Origin: Basidiobolus meristosporus CBS 931.73
Lineage: Eukaryota > Fungi > Basidiobolomycota
Assembly: GCA_002104905.1 (NCBI GenBank)
Contig: MCFE01000101.1
Location: forward strand, 1-64,000
Length of the DNA: 64,000 bases
Direction of reading: 5' to 3'
The position numbers were made by a program, and so were the translations under genes. This document shows, in pieces, positions 12,296 to 28,083 of this stretch (its first letter is position 1; each line of letters starts with the position of its first letter). The notes beneath the pieces are model-generated. The model did not search any database, was not told the DNA's origin, and saw only the letters and a list, made by a program, of their open reading frames with translations.

Positions 12296-13793
12296 CTATG
12301 CTTTGGTAGCCACTTCGATCCCACGGGCCATATCCTCAGCATTCTCGTCGATCGAGATGCCTTTTGTTTCGGGCACAAAATAGCAGTGGTGAAGGAGGAA
12401 AATAAAATTGAGCGCTGCGACGAGAATGAAAGTATCACTTTGAAGGGAGGAAAGGATAGTGGGGAACAGGAAGATCACCAAGAAGTTTCCAATCCAATTC
12501 ATGGTAGTGGTAAGGGAGACTACAACCCCGGCTGCCCAGGTGGGAGCCAACTCTGGGACAATTATAAACGGTATACTCGCTAGACCGACGTTGAAAGAGG
12601 CCGAGAACAATATCACCGAAAGAATCTTCAACACGTTCACCGTGAGCTTATCTCCTATCACCAACGTTATTGCGAACACCACCATCAGCAGAGTGCTCGC
12701 TATGAGGAATGGCCGTCTACCCATCCTGTCTATACTTACACAGGTGGCGCAGTTGATGAAGAAATTGAATATGGCAATCCCGACGGTAATTAATTGCGCT
12801 GCATATACTCCGGTCGTTTCTGTCATGATGGAGGTGGAGTAGAGCGTGACACCATTGATACAGGACAGAGTTTGGGATGCGTGAATTACAAGCCCAACAC
12901 ACAACATCTTCCGGAGCTGTGGCTGTTTCCAGATGCGCTTCACATGGGAGCCCAGCGACTCGTTGACCGAAGAGTGGCTCTGAATAGCTTTCAGCATCTC
13001 CTCAAATTCCATGTCTGTACAGTGGCCAGGCCGGAGAGTAGCCAAGGCCTCTCTTGCGGCCTGGTAGTGTTGTTTAGAAACCAGGTGCCTCGGGGTCTCG
13101 GGACAAAAGGGCATCAAAAACATCTGAAGTATGGCTGGCAGCATGGTCAAGCCAAACAAGATTCGCCAGCCTGGACTGTAGGAAAGAGCCAGACTAATTC
13201 CTTGGGACAAAACTATCCCAACCGCGATCTGCATTTGAACCAGAGATCCCATTGCCCCACGATTCCGTGTAGTCGACGTCTCGGTAATATACAAGGGAAC
13301 AATAACGGAGCCCACCCCACTACCAAAACCCACCAAGAATCTGCCACAAGCGAACATCACGGTATTTACCGATAAACTCATCAATACCCCGCCCAAGAGA
13401 AAGCTGAGATTATTCCAAAAGATCACCCATTTGCGACCATATCGATCCGCCAGTGGACCAGCAATTGTGCCCCCAACAAGGCCACCAATACAAAACACAC
13501 CGATAGCAAAGCCCCTTTGTAAAGCCACGGATTCATTAATAACATCGCTCATGGAAAATGCTACATGTATGTTACCATAGCAGGTCGCTCATGGGCAAGC
13601 AGCTGGGGATATTCTTCGAATAGGTCGGCTCGTAACAATCACGTATTACCTTTTCTGGATTGTTGGGTGCCCCCACATTGTAGCCTTGGTTGAAGGAGCA
13701 TAGGGTGACTGTGACCGAGGTGAGGAAAACCTTGGGAACGAATCTTAATTCCCTTGAATCTCGTTCCTCAACTTGTTCTCCGCAAATCGACAT
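12296..13793 (-). CDS. MFS sugar porter (GLUT/SLC2A-like); one intron 13575-13515
   Basis: Splicing gives LPMSDLLW|GFAIGVFCIGGL; motifs DRYGRK, VPLYITE, PETPRHL, DRMGRR, PETKG. The probable ATG at 13793 lies just downstream of a TATAAA. Confidence 0.92.
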
Positions 13794-14429
13794 TAGGTGC
13801 TTCTGAACCGCTGTGCGACCTTTATATAGCAAGCGGAGGTGGCCGTGTAACTATCGCGAGAGATTATCTCCACCAGTCATACCAGCTCATCATTTGCGCA
13901 ACAAGCTGATTGAGAGATGGTGGAAAAGTGCGATTAACCTTAATATCAACCCCACCACGATCCAATGGAGATGCCGATGTTTCAGCATATATGCAGCCGG
14001 AGGATAGCACGGTTTTAGCTGATAGCCATCTTGGGAGCCATAGTGTGGATAAACTAGGGTGTGAACAGTACGGATGCCTGCAGCAAACCATAGGTACATC
14101 ACGTGAGAGCATACATATACCGTCTTTCACTATATGCAATGGTATCAAAGAAATAATACAAGCTCCCTAACCTTTGGTGTGGATTCAACCTTATGGTCAC
14201 GTGAGACGAATTATGTTTGTTTATTTTCTACCATCCTGATCGAAGTGAGAACTTGAAGGAGTGGCACGGGCACTTGAATTCTTTTGGAAGAGCAGACTCC
14301 AGGCACCAAAAACGAAATACACTTTCATCGCTTCCACAGGGGAATTCCAAACTGGCCCAATACGATATAATGCAAAATGCCGCAAGATTAAATGCTGGAA
14401 ATTTTATTGCCAATATCACGAGATGCTGT

Positions 14430-15524
14430 CTATTTGGCAGGAGCGAATCCAACCCTCTTCTTGCCAAAGTCAAACACTGAGTAGTATCTACGTAAGAATG
14501 GCTCACCAAGAATGATGACTGGTCGGTCGTAGTCGACGGCACGGAAGCCAGAGATACAGAAGCCGTCGGCGCGAATGATGTAATCATCGGACACCAGTGG
14601 GAAGGTGATTCCGTTGAAGTTAAAGTTGATGACGGGGTATTGTTTGTCACAGGGAACGATGAACTTGCCATCGTCGGTATATTGGGCCCCCATGAAGCTA
14701 TGAAGCTCCAGAGCTTCTTTGGTTGGGAGGTTGATCAAAGTGGTTCCGGTGTCGACGGCCGCACTCTTGACGGTGAGCGGGATGTTCTTGTCGCCGATGG
14801 TGATGCTGGTCACCTTGATCTCCCAGTACTCCTGACGCACCACTGGACTGTACTTGATGGTGCCAGCGTAGCGATTGGGATCCACTCCACCGATGGTCAA
14901 TTCCCCACCCAGTGGGTACTTTCCGAGCCAAAAGGCGAATACCGGGTCGGTGATGGACTTATCCTTGGCGATGTTGTAGAATACAGGTGGTTGCTTGGTC
15001 TTGCTCAATCCTTGGAATCCAAGGCCGAGCATTCCGTCGGCCACGATGTACTCGAAACCATCGTCCTCAGTAGTGGCCTGTCCGAAGCGTTGCTTAGGAA
15101 TCTTCAGGCCACCGATGTCGACGACGTCCTCGGAAACGGTTCCGCTCACCACGTAGTCACCGTATTGGGTGGTGAAATTCTTACCGATAGCCCTATGGGT
15201 CTTGGAGGCTTTAGCATTGTAGCGGTTGTGGTTCAAACAAGCAGCCCCCTGGCAAGCAATGGAGGGAATCCAGAGATCGGCACTGCCGGTGTCCAAGATC
15301 ACGGTGAATTTTTGGGGTGGAGTGCCAATGGTGATCTCTCCATAGTACGAGAGGTCGTTCTCGTTTTGCAGGGGGAGATTCTTGGAGCTAGCAATGCTGA
15401 CCACCCCTTCGGTGCTGTTCACAATGGACTTTGCGGTTTCGGATTCGAATCGCTTCAGAGGGAGTCGAAAAAGGCCTGCGTCTACCAGAGAGATCAGGCC
15501 CAACAGACATACGGAAACTTTCAT
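14430..15524 (-). CDS. Secreted pepsin-family (A1) aspartic protease, intronless, 364 aa
   Basis: Signal peptide plus propeptide; catalytic DTGSADLW and DTGTT; YYGEITIGTPPQ; ILGEPFLRRYYSVFD. TATAAA about 70 bp upstream. Confidence 0.95.
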   Translation of the reverse strand: MKVSVCLLGLISLVDAGLFRLPLKRFESETAKSIVNSTEGVVSIASSKNLPLQNENDLSYYGEITIGTPPQKFTVILDTGSADLWIPSIACQGAACLNHNRYNAKASKTHRAIGKNFTTQYGDYVVSGTVSEDVVDIGGLKIPKQRFGQATTEDDGFEYIVADGMLGLGFQGLSKTKQPPVFYNIAKDKSITDPVFAFWLGKYPLGGELTIGGVDPNRYAGTIKYSPVVRQEYWEIKVTSITIGDKNIPLTVKSAAVDTGTTLINLPTKEALELHSFMGAQYTDDGKFIVPCDKQYPVINFNFNGITFPLVSDDYIIRADGFCISGFRAVDYDRPVIILGEPFLRRYYSVFDFGKKRVGFAPAK

Positions 15525-16092
15525 GGCCAGCAGAACGATGCTTGAGTGAAGGTTAAATGGGGGATTATGCTCTGCCCACCGAGCGAGTTCCTCTATTTAT
15601 ACCTGGCCGTGATCGATCCCATTCCCCCTCGAAGGCATGCCTGCCTCCGGGATTCCCACTTCTCCTTCCCAAACCGACCGTCGATCCGCGCTACTTTGGG
15701 CGCTTGCTGCGTTCCTGGCGCTTCTTCACGAGACTAAAAGCAAGTTTCCGGTTTGTGTGTAATCTTCCCGAGGCACGACATCGTCACATGTATACCCTCG
15801 ATGAATCCGGAATCCCAGCAATTGGTAAGTTTCAAGGTGCTCCAAGCAAGGACTTGGATTCCTTGAAATCCGTGTAACATTGGATCATTGGACTTTTTAG
15901 GTGTGTGAAGTACGTGCGACCAGAGATCTCTATCACCAGCGGGTGCTAGAATCACGTCAGTCTCCACTGGCCTCTCCCTCCCAACATCAACTGCATTCAC
16001 TATGGTTCGGGGACAAGACGAAGATGACGGTTTAATTGGAATATTTAGTGTTTACATTTCGTGGGATTTGGTGTGGTGGAGGGGATGGATGA

Positions 16093-19000
16093 CTACAGGT
16101 AATTTCTCAACCAGTAGAACATCAGGGTGTCGAAATGCTCGGTGGAGGATGGGTGCCGCAGCCCATGACGCTCGTAGGGATACACTTGCAACTGGTGCGG
16201 CTTGTTGGCGCGAATCAGCGCGTTGACCAGCATCTCCGTGTGGGTGAAGTGCACGTTCTCATCGATCAGCCCGTGGATTAACAACAGGCGATGCTCGCTA
16301 AATCACACAACGTTAGCAACCGAACTTCCAGGAGTCAACGTTGGTAACACTTACTCATCGGGGAATTTGTCGATGTAACTGAGCACAGAGGCCTTCCGGT
16401 AGCCCTCTGCATTCTCCTCCAGCAAGCCCATGTAGCGCTCGGAGTATGCGGTGTCGTAGAGCTTCCAGTGGGTGACCGGCGCGCCAGGAATGGAGATCTT
16501 GAAGATCTCCGGATAATGGGCCAAAGCAAGCAAGGAGATGTATCCACCTAAGATGCGTTAATGAATGTCTCCCCGGCAGGACGAGTCAGCCAGAAGTTAC
16601 CATAAGACCACCCAGTGATGGCTATCTTGCTCGCGTCTATTACTCCGCCCAGATCGTGCTGCCTATGCTTCAGTAGATATTGAATGCCGCCCGCTTGGTC
16701 CTCCAACTCGACGGTGCCCAGCTTCCCCCGAATTTGCGATTCGAAAGCGAGGCCTCGGTCGGAGGATCCGCGTCCATCAATCATGACGACCGCAAAGCCC
16801 ATTCGGATGGCCAGGAACATAGGAAGGAACCGTGGACACTTGTAATCGTTGGTGACGGCCTGATGGATTCCGGAGTTAGAACATCTAATCAACTCGGCGA
16901 CCAAATCAAACACGTGCTACCTGTCCCTTGGGCCCTCCGTACACGTAGAGGATGGTTGGGTATTTCTGGCCCTGAACGTAGTTGTCTGGCTTGTAGAAAC
17001 AACCGTAAATGGTATCCCCTGGCAAAGAACATTAAGACCAAAGCCAGCTCAAGTGGAATCGAACCCATCAAACAAACCTTGCTTATTCTCGAAGGAGAAG
17101 AACTCCCCAACCGGTAAGCTTTTGTCGACAACGCCAAGAGGATGGACATGGGCGGACAGTCTGGTTTTGGGGAATATCGAGTCGCCCTCCCAGTAGAGCT
17201 CGTAGATCGCCGTGCTGGGGGCCTCCTTGATGTTTGAGTACCACGACACAAATCGGGTGCACGATGGATTCATCTGAACGTTGTGGAAGAATCCCAGCGG
17301 AGTTAACCTCACAATGTTGTCTGGATCAGCGTCCTCGGCCATCGAGGCAACATACAGGTGGTTTTCCAGAGGGGTGTCTCTTTTGCCCACGAAGTAGATC
17401 AACTTGCGGTGGGTATCAACTCGGATGGGTATATCGGCAACTACCCACTCCCCAACCGTGAGCGGCTTAAGGAACCACTGTGAGGATTTGAACTTGCGCA
17501 CAAGATAGAGGTGACGGTAGCCAGTTCGCTCGCTGCACCAAATGAACTCGGTGAAATCCTCGTTTTGTGTTTCTAGAAAGTGGTAGATGAAACAGTACTG
17601 ATGAAGGGTCAGCCGATGCGAAGAAGAGGGGTCCGGATGGCACTACGTACATTAATCCAGCTGTCCGATTCTTCATGATACAAGATCTCCACATTCTTTT
17701 TGCATTCCTCGTAGTTAGGGTTTCCGTTGTACTCATACATCGTAGCGAAATTCTTCAGCGGGATCTTCACCACGACCGTTTTTTGCTGCTTGCGATCCAT
17801 CAACTGCGCCCAGACGCTAGACAAACACGTTACCAACATGGCCTTGTTACCATCGCACAGCCGTCACTTACGCCTTTCCGTTGGGGATCCACCCGAAGCG
17901 AACGACATACTCCATCCATGGGAACATCTCCTTCAGCGTTGCCGAGCCCCACAAACGCTTGTGAATGATGGTGCATTGGCCTCCCTAACTATAGGTTAAC
18001 AACAGTGCGGACGCTGACCAAGAATCAGACCAGGGTGCCTACCGATTTGTCGTTGGGGGACGAGAACTCGACTATCTGCATATCACACATGGCATTGATC
18101 GTTCCTGGGAAGAGACGGATGTCAGTAAACGCCAGGGCACGAAATCAACCAAGATCGTCCTACCGCAACGAGGGTACCGATGAGCCTCCACATCGGCTCC
18201 GTGAAGCATACAAATGGTGCTAACCATGGATTCGCTAACCTGGAGATACAAAATCCGCTCTAGATTATCTTTACACTGCGTGGTCTCCGGTGCCCAGTAG
18301 TACCCAGTGTATCGTTCGAATTCTTCCTTCAATGAAGAGAGTTTCCCAGGTCAAGGTTGAACCGGCCTGTTAGACCATGAGCCATACATGCATCCACTGC
18401 TCAGAAACTATCTTACTTGGATGATGAACTCCGGCATACCACAGGAGATGGTGGTGTCGTCGCTTTGGCTGCAATAGGTCAGCTGGACTTCCTCCCCGGA
18501 CAGGGTAGAGGTCCAAAGGTCTCTATCCCGTACAAAGGCGATCAGATCGTTGCGACGACCACCAAGCTTCGGGTCCAATCTGGGACCCTTACTACTGTCC
18601 GATTTCACCTGCAATGGCTGACAGCCTTTATCCTAAAGAATGAACATTACTCAGCATGGTATTCCACAGACCATCCAGTCCGAATAGAACCCCCTCCCCA
18701 TAGTGGATACTAACCAGGCCCAGGGTTCCAACGTAGATGTTGTTGGAGTAAGGAAACATGATCCGACGGGTAGTTGGTTCGAAAGAAACTGACGTGATCC
18801 CCTCCAAAGCGAGACGCTGTCTTTCCTTGTGAAGGATCTCCTCCTTGGACAGGTTTTCCAACGGCTTGTCCCTCATCCAGGCCTCCGACAGCAGCGGCTT
18901 CCAGTCGATGACAGGGACCGCTAGTCCAAATGGTTAGACAGGATCAGGGAGAGAAACGCAAGGGCCGCATTACCTGCTTCGGAGGGGGTCTGCTCTTCCT

Positions 19001-19208
19001 CGGCCGAGCTGGTTTGCATGGGCTCAGGCGGCAGATCCACAACGAACAGCGAGGTGGTCTGGAAGTGCTTGGCCGGATCTGTGCCGATGAAGAGCAGGGT
19101 GTTGTTCGCGTCGTCAAACACGAAATCCTTCATGATACAAAGACATGGTGGGGAGATTGAGGCCCTGAAAGCCCTCACTTCTTGACGTACATCGTTCCAA
19201 CTACTCAT
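16093..19208 (-). CDS. DPP9: Cytosolic dipeptidyl peptidase of the DPP8/DPP9 type (S9B), about 10 introns
   Basis: Catalytic GWSYG, DENVH and YERH; [11 protein letters not shown]; [18 protein letters not shown]; [12 protein letters not shown]; no N-terminal signal or TM segment. Confidence 0.85.
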
Positions 19209-19619
19209 TCACTTAAACTCTACTGGTGTGCTCTCTAGGTGATAGACTCTTCAACCTGGATATCGGCAAAGAGGTGGTCGAATATGGCCCTCAATGAGCT
19301 CTATGCTGGTAAGTGATGATACTGCACAAAATCATGCCTCTGGATAAACAATCTGATAAAAATTGATGGGAGATGCGAGCGGGATTGGATTACACATGTA
19401 GATTGGTGCCGTGAAAATTTTCGGGTTTGATGCTTGCTATCTGGATTGACTTAGCAGTCACTGTTCCTCTGCTGCCTGACTATTGGGGTATGATAATTCC
19501 ATCCATTTATTGATGATACACTATTATATATTTATATGAATGCATAGGATGTGGTCGGGATTGGTGTTGTTACATTTTTAGGGGAATCGAGCGTAGAAGT
19601 ATAAGAGACGGTATGGTGA

Positions 19620-21773
<2,154 letters not shown>

Positions 21774-22899
21774 GATAAGTTAGTATACAAAGTTATTGAT
21801 GAGGGTGGTAGAAGCAGGCGGAGGATATTTATAACCTTGAGCGATCAACAGATTTAGGTGTACGTAAGATGCAAACTTAGATTTGTAGCACTCGGATGAA
21901 ACCAGCATCCAATTTAACCTCGCTATTAAAAATAAGCACACATTCATTAACGGCATGATTGACATTGCCATTTTCAACAAAGTTTGGATCTTACCATGTA
22001 GGTAGCATCAGGGATAGCCTGATATTACGCCTAATCTTCTCCATAGACTTCCATCGATAGTACCACTCCAAACACCTCAAGCTCCAATTAATCTTTCCAA
22101 AGGAGATTAAAGGTACATTGATAGAGGGCCAGAGATTATGCCAATAGATTGCTGAGCCGTCACACTGAGACATCCCCATTGAATTGTCCAATTGCATTAT
22201 TTATCCGACCATCTACTCACATTGCTAGTGGCTGCTGCATAAATCATTATTTATATACTAACCCGCTATTTCTTATCACCACAGCCTTCGTTTATCACGG
22301 CCCTGATGATTTATAAATAGATGGCTGTCTCAGACCCCTCCAAATATAGGGGGCTATAGTCTCTTGGTACGAGATGCAAAACATTCTAATTTTGGGTAGA
22401 TGTCTTACTAAACCATGGAAGTTGGCATGCTACAGGAATGAGTGTTTCAGATTGGAGTGATAGGGACTGAAACATCTTCAGAGATCCATTGTGTTGATGA
22501 TATAAGCTCAATGTGTCCTTGGCCTTCTGATCACGGAGCTACGCGCCTAATGTCACCTGTTTTGTGTCCCTCGCTCAGGGATTTTCCAGTTCGAAGTTGA
22601 CTGTGGTATCCGATCATCACCACAAACCGATACCAATCGGAGCCATCCACCTTTTCTCAAACATGTTTAGAATTTACCTATTTGCTGATTAAAGATAGTC
22701 AGTAACATTCGCATAGGATATGGCTTAAACAGGGCCGAGTAAGATCTTTTTTTGTGATTTCGCATTCATAAAGAGGGCTATTGGTGGTATCATACATGCA
22801 CGGCGAATAAAATATGATTGACGCTGGATTAGTGTTTCTTCCTCTCACTCAAAGCCTTCCTTCATCTAACGGTAGAACTTTGTATCCATTCATCTGAAA

Positions 22900-23402
22900 A
22901 TGGTCAGTAATGAATCCAGCCTCAAATGGATCTGAAACTAGCGTAGCTAACACTCGCTCGAAATAGGCTAAAGTTAAGGCTCACGAACTCCGTAACCAAT
23001 CCAAAGACGAGCTTAAGAAGCAACTCGACGAGCTCAAGCAAGAGCTCTCCTCCTTGAGAGTTCAAAAGGTTGCTGGCGGTGCTGCTTCCAAGTTGACCCG
23101 CATGTAAGTTTGCATCGTATCCCGATCGAGTCAAGTGTTGTTATGCTCACCAATCCCACCACAGCAACGCTGTCCGCAAGTCTATTGCCCGTGTACTTAC
23201 CGTCATCACCCAAACCGAACGCCAAAACATTCGTCTCTTGTACAAACAAGAGGGTCGCAAGTACCTTCCCCTTGATCTCCGTCACAAGAAGACCCGTGCC
23301 ATCCGTCGCCGTTTGACCAAGTTCGAGGCTACTCGCACCACTCTTAGACAACAAAAGAAGAGCATTCACTTCCCTCAAAGAAAGTTCGCTGTTAAGGCCT
23401 AA
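22900..23402 (+). CDS. RPL35: 60S ribosomal protein L35 (uL29); exons 22900-22902, 22967-23103, 23165-23402
   Basis: [39 protein letters not shown]...[17 protein letters not shown]...[10 protein letters not shown]. Confidence 0.95.
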
Positions 23403-23705
23403 ACTTTGATCTATGGATTTTGTATTAGTTCGCAATAAACTTCGTACATAACCAAACGACTGTATATATACATTGATGAATCCATGCGTCCTTGTGTTCC
23501 ATCCACTGGTCAGAAAGACAAAGAGCATTCCTGGTGATCGAATTGGTGAGCATATCGATAATAGCCATCTTGACTAACAAAGACGATCGGCCATCGGTCA
23601 ATTGGAATTGGTGGAAATTGATTAGAGTGAGCTTCCCTGCCGCTCTTGGATAAATTCTATCATCGCTTCGACCTGTCCGCTTGTTTCATTCCTTTGTGCG
23701 CTATC

Positions 23706-24555
23706 ATGGTTACACCCAAAAGCCGAGCGTCTGTAAATAACCCACAAGAAGTGATTGATCTAACCGAAATCTCTGACTCCAGTAATCCCCGGAGCATCTT
23801 CGAGCCTTCACAGATCATTTGTATTTCAGAGGGTGCCCCCATCCCAGCACACAATTCCGACAACCAAGCTCTCATAGTTGTAAGCGATGAAGAGACGGAA
23901 ATCCCAAGTGTCCCTAACAACTTCAACGACAATCAACCTAACGGAAGTAGAGTGGTAGGTGAATCTGTTGGCTATCTTGTAATACCGATTATTGACTTCT
24001 CCTCTCCAATTAATAGCCCGGAATAGTGTGATACATTTCAGAAGTTATGGAAATGCCCAGATGTTTGATTATAATTATATCCGTGAGCCTTACATTGAAG
24101 TTGGTGAGGAGGAGGAGGTGGTGGTGGAGCCAACTAGGAACTACCCTGTTCAGACCGAAGCCAGCCCAACTACAGCTAGAGCACTGGTAGAGAGCTCCAA
24201 CCTAATGCAAAGCACTAGTCACTTATCACCCCAAGCAAGCACAGACACACACACTACAGAGCCCTTAACTGAAGGCGAGTCCTCAGAGAATAGCGAGAAC
24301 AACATGGGCATCAAATGCTCCATCTGTCTAGATAATCCGCAGAAACTGACCACTACATTTTGCGGGCATCTTTTTTGTGATGAATGCATTCATAGATGTA
24401 TCAAGACTCCCAAGAAGGCGTGTCCGGTATGTCGTAAGCCTTTGACCCAAAAGAAGATGAGGGTGCTACAACTCCGGGTTCTCCCAAAGCATGGCAAAGA
24501 CTCTTCTGATGAGCAAGAGACAAGGAAAAAGGCAAGGCTATCGGCGTCTGACTGA
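23706..24555 (+). CDS. SIM-containing C3HC4 RING protein, RNF4/Slx8/Rfp-like SUMO-targeted ubiquitin ligase; probable intron 23955-24060
   Basis: SIM-like VIDLT, IICIS, LIVVSDEE; C-terminal RING CSIC...TTTFCGHLFCDECI...CPVCRK. Confidence 0.8.
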
Positions 24556-24887
24556 GACCCATCGTTCGTTCGGTTACCCATAGATGAAGATGTTTTCTTA
24601 CCACCAGACCATCCCCTCCTCCTACACAGCTACTGTAAATAGCTTTTAGTTGCCTTTGTCACCCATCCACTTCCCCCGATTTTCTTCTACATTAATCTTG
24701 TACATTAATCCCGCCAACGACTTCATGTCATTAAAACCGATCCGCCATTCTATTCTTGAATAATCCGTGGCACCGGCGGTCGAGTCAAATGAGGGGTTTA
24801 TTGTGTTTGGGAAGTATCATAGAGATGGTATGGTAATAACTGAGCGCTCTACTGTCCAAATGTGAAGAGAGCAGGCACTTATCCAGA

Positions 24888-27705
24888 CTACAGTTGCTTC
24901 TTGTTCTCAACAGCAATGTTGACGACGTTGCTGTCTACCGCAGGCTTGCTGTCTACAAACAAGGGCCCGTTGGGATGACCGAAGATCTCTGAGGGGAGAC
25001 GGCATAGTCTAGGACGGTCAAGGAATGCAGGAAGCTCATGATAGAGCATGTAGCCACATCCGACAAATAGTCCTAGCCAGAAGAGCTTGGAAAAGCCCGA
25101 AGATTCTGTTGGAGGGGGGGGGGGAGAATCTTGATGAGCTGAATGAACAAAGCAGGGAGGTCAGCACAAGTCTTACCAGGGGAGCTCATCACAAAGTGTC
25201 CAGCGCACATGTTGATGACTAAGAGGGACAAGACACCAAAGGCCTATCGATAAAAGTGTTGGACGAGGTTGAGAGAGATTCGCATGAGTTAGTAAAGTAC
25301 GACAAACCATTACCATCTTGAATCTAATCATACGAGCATCGCTGAATGGAGAGGGGCTGTACGGGTCAACGACGTATTTTCCAAGCAGCAGATCATAGGC
25401 ATCCTAGCGCTAGTTGTTAGTATTCAATGCTGCAAGGAGAGATCTGGAGCTGCTGCCTACTTGACGTGCGCCATCAGTGTAATTGTTCTTGAAGTAACGC
25501 ACTGCAGAGTTGGTGAAATCCATGAAGGCTCCAGCCTTGGTGCGCTGTCCAGTTCTGGAATTGCGTTTGGTGTTAGCATTGGGAAAGGTGGCATCCACCG
25601 TAGGATTGGTACCTTGTAAAGTCAGTCTTCAATGCGCCGGTTCCTGAGTAGGCAATACTGATGGCATTTGCGTTGTCTGCCCAGACTAGAGATTGGATAA
25701 AGTAAGTAGTCAGGTCGATAGTCAAACACTCAGAGTGGTGTACCATTTCTCAGCAAAAATTCAAAGTCTGCAAATTGGTCGCATTGCTCATGGGGTCCGA
25801 GGACGCCAATCTCACGAAGCTGTGAGGTCAAGGCTCTTCTAGCAAGAACAGACTGAACGACGTTGGTTCTGTCCAAGCAATCCATGCAGTTGGTACGGGT
25901 GACAGAGGTCTGCTTCTTTAAGATCTCCGGCTTTAGCCCATCTAAGCCAGAGCTGTGGAAATAGCTACATACATCATCAAACGAGCTTGTCAACAAGAAA
26001 TGGAAGAAAGCCATACATCTATGAATGCCTACCCTTGGCGGTCGAGATCATCCGAGATCTGATCCACCAGCACACTGATTCTATCCCATCTCATCTTGCG
26101 GCACTCGTGATGGAAATCGAAATGGACGTATCTAACATGCGAGTTGTTCATTTCTTTGATGCGGTCTTCGAAGGTCAGCCCCATTGGGGCTTCATAGCCC
26201 TTTTTGTTGATCAGGCTGACAACGATTTGGTCGCCATAGAGCTCTATTTGTCTGTCAAAGTGCTTCCTGAAGGCATCCGCCTAGACAGTGCCAGTTTAGG
26301 GATCGCTGAGCTGCTTCAAGCGTGAATGAGAACAAACCGTTTTGTCGGCATAGTGGATACTAAGTTTTGGTGTGTATTTCATGTTGGTGACTTGGGACCA
26401 GTAAACCGGAATAGATCCACGTGTTTGGACGTAGGAAAGCTGGTGAGTGCCAGAAATGACGATTTGTTCCGTTTCAACAAAATTCGATACATTCCCGTCC
26501 TCATCGACACCACGTGAAAAGTAGCGTGTGCCTGACGAAACGAGCGTTTAGCAGATGCGATAGAGGAGGGGGGTGTTTTTTCGCCACTTACCAACTCTGT
26601 ATCTACTGCGACGTGAAATCAAGGCAAATGTAAACGTATTATTTTTGATAGTGGCTTGTCTAACTTCGACGACTGTATCACAAGGATAACATCAGTATTG
26701 GTGGGTGGGTATCTGAAATACACACATAGGTGATACGTACATCCATGCATTACTGGGAGGATGAATTGACCCAACTATCGTATAGGTCGCAGTAAGTAAA
26801 GTGGTTAAAGGTTGAGGAATCATTTACAGAATACATACCTCTGGGTTTTGCTGGGCTGACTCAATTAGGCCCTTCTGAAGGTAATGGTTCCAGTAGAATC
26901 TGTCCTCAGCCTACAATAATAGAGCCCTGTGTCAAAGCTACTCGTTGGCGTGATGGGTAGTGCGTATACTAACGCGTTGCCAAAGAGCTTCTTGAATAGG
27001 CTCAGCATATCCAGCTTGGCGTTGAAGGCTTTGAGTAAGGTCATAGGTATATGAGAAATGATGAACCGAGGAATTCAAGGCGCCAGTTAGCAAATCTAAA
27101 TAAGCAGATTCATCCAGTTTCTGGTATACAAGAGCAAATATTGTCAGCCAACTCGTTCTCAAAAGCCGGTATCTCTTTCAAAGTAACCTGAGTTTCACTG
27201 AGAGTATTAGTTGAGCGTGAGTATGGTAGAATCTTGGTTTCAGTTATTCTATAGATATCGTGAGAGTGGAGCTTTCCAGCGTGAGCTCTTCCGGTGATGA
27301 CGATAAGATAATCCCCTGGGGATTCATTCAGACTTAAGATATAACACTAGAGAGAACTTTATGCCCTGTTCATACGGTACCTGACAGAAGAGTGATGATT
27401 CCAAAGATACCATACACATTCAGAATTTCAACTGCGTGCTCATCGGTTGAAGGGGCTAATAAACACAAAACGTTAGCTGACTTCGTGCCTTACTAGAGCA
27501 GATGCCTGACCTACCCTCAAGGCTAAAACCTCCGGTGGCTCTGTTGATGACAAGAGCCTTCGTTGGTCCGTTGAGAACAGTCGTCGGCTTTAATACGAAG
27601 GAGCTGTTCTTTACGTATCTATTGTATTATCTATTTCTCAGTATCATAACTTTGTGTTGAAAGGATGACATATACGTACAGGACTAAATTTTGATGTAAC
27701 GACAT
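24888..27705 (-). CDS. SAC1: Sac1 phosphoinositide phosphatase (many introns)
   Basis: Catalytic RTNCMDCLDRTNVVQ; FALISRRS; WADNANAISIAYSGTGALKTDF; two C-terminal TM segments followed by FLDRPRL. Confidence 0.93.
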
Positions 27706-27817
27706 GTTGGGTAAAGCAGTTGGAATTCTATGTCTAGATAAGAGAGGTGGTATGTATGCCAGTTAATATTCTGGAAATCTACATTGACATGGCGTCACTG
27801 GAGATAACCAATCTGCA

Positions 27818-27829
27818 TTTCACGTGAAA
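27818..27829. promoter_or_regulatory. Palindromic E-box TTTCACGTGAAA in the divergent SAC1/UBP14 promoter
   Basis: Perfect 12-bp palindrome with a CACGTG core between head-to-head starts at 27705 and 28084. Confidence 0.35.
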
Positions 27830-28083
27830 CTAACGAATGGACCTCATGAAATATTTGAGTATTTATGGTATTTGTCCATTCACACGGGAAATCAATTGGA
27901 ACAACATATAATCCGAAAATTTACTCTGAACACTTCATGAGGATTTATTAGCACTCAACGATTTAATCAAGTTTTTTGATTTGGTTTATCCTACGTAAGG
28001 ATTAGTAACGTCATGAGCATAATGAAAGCTGCGCGAAAAGCATATTGTTTGGAAGACTGCCATATCAACTTCGCTTCTCCACT

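Noticed and set aside
17053-17066. GGTTCGATTCC tRNA T-loop/B-box on the minus strand
   Set aside because: It lies in a ~60-nt DPP9 intron; no A-box or cloverleaf can be built.
22440-22532. Possible C/D snoRNA (TGATGA and CTGA boxes, 8-bp hairpin) between GFA1 and RPL35
   Set aside because: Box spacing and box C are poor, and I could not match a guide to rRNA from memory.
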